Below are positions 36,025 to 37,032 of a stretch of DNA of 37,032 nucleotides, piece by piece. The stretch comes from a virus (lineage: Duplodnaviria; Heunggongvirae; Uroviricota; Caudoviricetes), in the IMG/VR virus record IMGVR_UViG_2700989496_000004; one strand, given 5' to 3'. The translations under genes were made by a program, and so were the position numbers. The stretch's first letter is position 1. Each line of letters opens with the position of its first letter. The notes under the pieces were generated by a model. That model saw only the letters and a list, made by a program, of their open reading frames with translations. It had not been told where the DNA came from and made no database searches.

Positions 36025-36220
36025 AACCATTGTCTGTTTTCTTTTCTGGTATATGTACGCAGGATCATGCAGCGCAAGACTTCATCGTTCCCTGGGCTAT
36101 GGCAGGCACTACGACACCGCGCATTACATCCTGTACATGACCGCCGTCATGTTGTTCTGGCCAGTCACCCTGCCAGCTGCAACCGACATTGTTGCCGACA
36201 GACTGAAAAAAAGGAGATGA
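36014..36220 (+). CDS. Small membrane protein
   Basis: 68 aa from an internal Met (MTTETIVCFLFWYMYAGSC...), GGAGG 9 nt upstream, two hydrophobic segments. Confidence 0.4.
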   Translation: MTTETIVCFLFWYMYAGSCSARLHRSLGYGRHYDTAHYILYMTAVMLFWPVTLPAATDIVADRLKKRR

Positions 36221-36221
36221 T

Positions 36222-36671
36222 ATGCAGAAAAAACGCCTGATACAGCTTATCCATATTGCCCGTAATGAACTGGGTATGGATGAAGACACCTACCGCCAGA
36301 TGTTACAGGGGCTGACCGGTAAAGCCTCAACCAAAGGAATGGATACCACACAACTAAACTGCGTGCTGGAATCCATGAAAAAGAAAGGCTTTCGCGTTAA
36401 ACCAGCCAGAAAAGCCAGCTCCGGTTTACCGCTTGATAACCATCCGCAGTCCAGGAAAATTCGTGCGCTATGGCTTGAAATGGCTGCTGCCGGCATTGTT
36501 CGTGACCGTTCAGAAAATGCATTAGCGAGGTGGATCAAGCGGGAAACGGGCATCAGCGCCCTGCGCTGGCTCAGTACTGAACAGGCAAGCAGTGTTATTG
36601 AGAAACTGAAGAAGTGGCAGCGCAGAGCTGCGGGAGTCAAACATGAGCGACCTGAATCAGTTTCGAAGTAA
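36222..36671 (+). CDS. GemA-like protein (Mu gp16, DUF1018-type)
   Basis: 149 aa, N-terminus MQKKRLIQLIHIARNELGMDEDTYRQMLQGLTGK resembles the gp16/GemA family as recalled. AGGAGA ribosome-binding site. Confidence 0.6.
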   Translation: MQKKRLIQLIHIARNELGMDEDTYRQMLQGLTGKASTKGMDTTQLNCVLESMKKKGFRVKPARKASSGLPLDNHPQSRKIRALWLEMAAAGIVRDRSENALARWIKRETGISALRWLSTEQASSVIEKLKKWQRRAAGVKHERPESVSK

Positions 36672-37032
36672 GGGGCCGGAACTCCTGGTGGAACTGGCAC
36701 AGCATACCTCTGAGACCGTTCGCGAGATTATTGATATTGAGCCCGAAGTTGCCGACCAGATTGGTCAGGCCGTCGCGAACCGAATGATGCAGGTCTGGGG
36801 CGGGCAAAACGTTTATTTCCCGATGGGCATGGTATGGAAGGTCAGTCAGCGCGACCGGGAAATCTTCAGGGAGTTTAACGGACGCAACCACCACGAACTG
36901 GCCCGCAAATTTGGTGTTTCGCTTCAGTGGGTCTACAGCGTGGTTAAGCGGGTAAGAAAAGAAGAACTGGATCGGATGCAGGGCAAGCTATTTGCTGATG
37001 AACCCGATGCAGATACGGAGAAAAAAGAGTAA
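36643..37032 (+). CDS. Mor/C-family transcriptional activator (middle/late operon regulator)
   Basis: 129 aa; C-terminal FNGRNHHELARKFGVSLQWVYSVVKRVRK resembles Mu Mor/C HTH as recalled. Window ends at its stop codon. Confidence 0.65.
   Translation: MSDLNQFRSKGPELLVELAQHTSETVREIIDIEPEVADQIGQAVANRMMQVWGGQNVYFPMGMVWKVSQRDREIFREFNGRNHHELARKFGVSLQWVYSVVKRVRKEELDRMQGKLFADEPDADTEKKE

Overview
The window is almost entirely one Mu-like transposable prophage, read from sequence alone with no database searches. Positions 1-150 are the 3' part of an IS66-family transposase reading frame that is cut by the prophage end at about 151 (TGATGCGCC..., with two GCGATAAATG repeats). A Gin-type serine invertase (229-801, -) sits beside an invertible tail-fibre region holding three fibre-tip cassettes and three cix/gix-like crossover sites. 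From about 25456 down to 1780 a long, translationally coupled minus-strand late operon runs through lysis genes (holin-like membrane protein, SLT endolysin, nested spanins), Mu-type head genes and a P2/Mu-type contractile tail. A central accessory and immunity region (25587-28430) carries a Walker-A protein, two small overlapping genes, a Dam-like methyltransferase, and an AT-rich XRE repressor with an 18-bp palindromic operator inside a near-consensus promoter. The plus-strand early arm (28431-37032) encodes a Cro/Ner-like protein, a DDE transposase, a MuB-like ATPase, Gam, GemA-like and Mor-like proteins. The two arms are transcribed divergently, unlike phage Mu, and the early-arm terminus lies beyond the window. 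No rRNA, tRNA or CRISPR array was seen. Most worth a second look: the three-cassette fibre shufflon, the accessory locus and the insertion into an IS66 gene.
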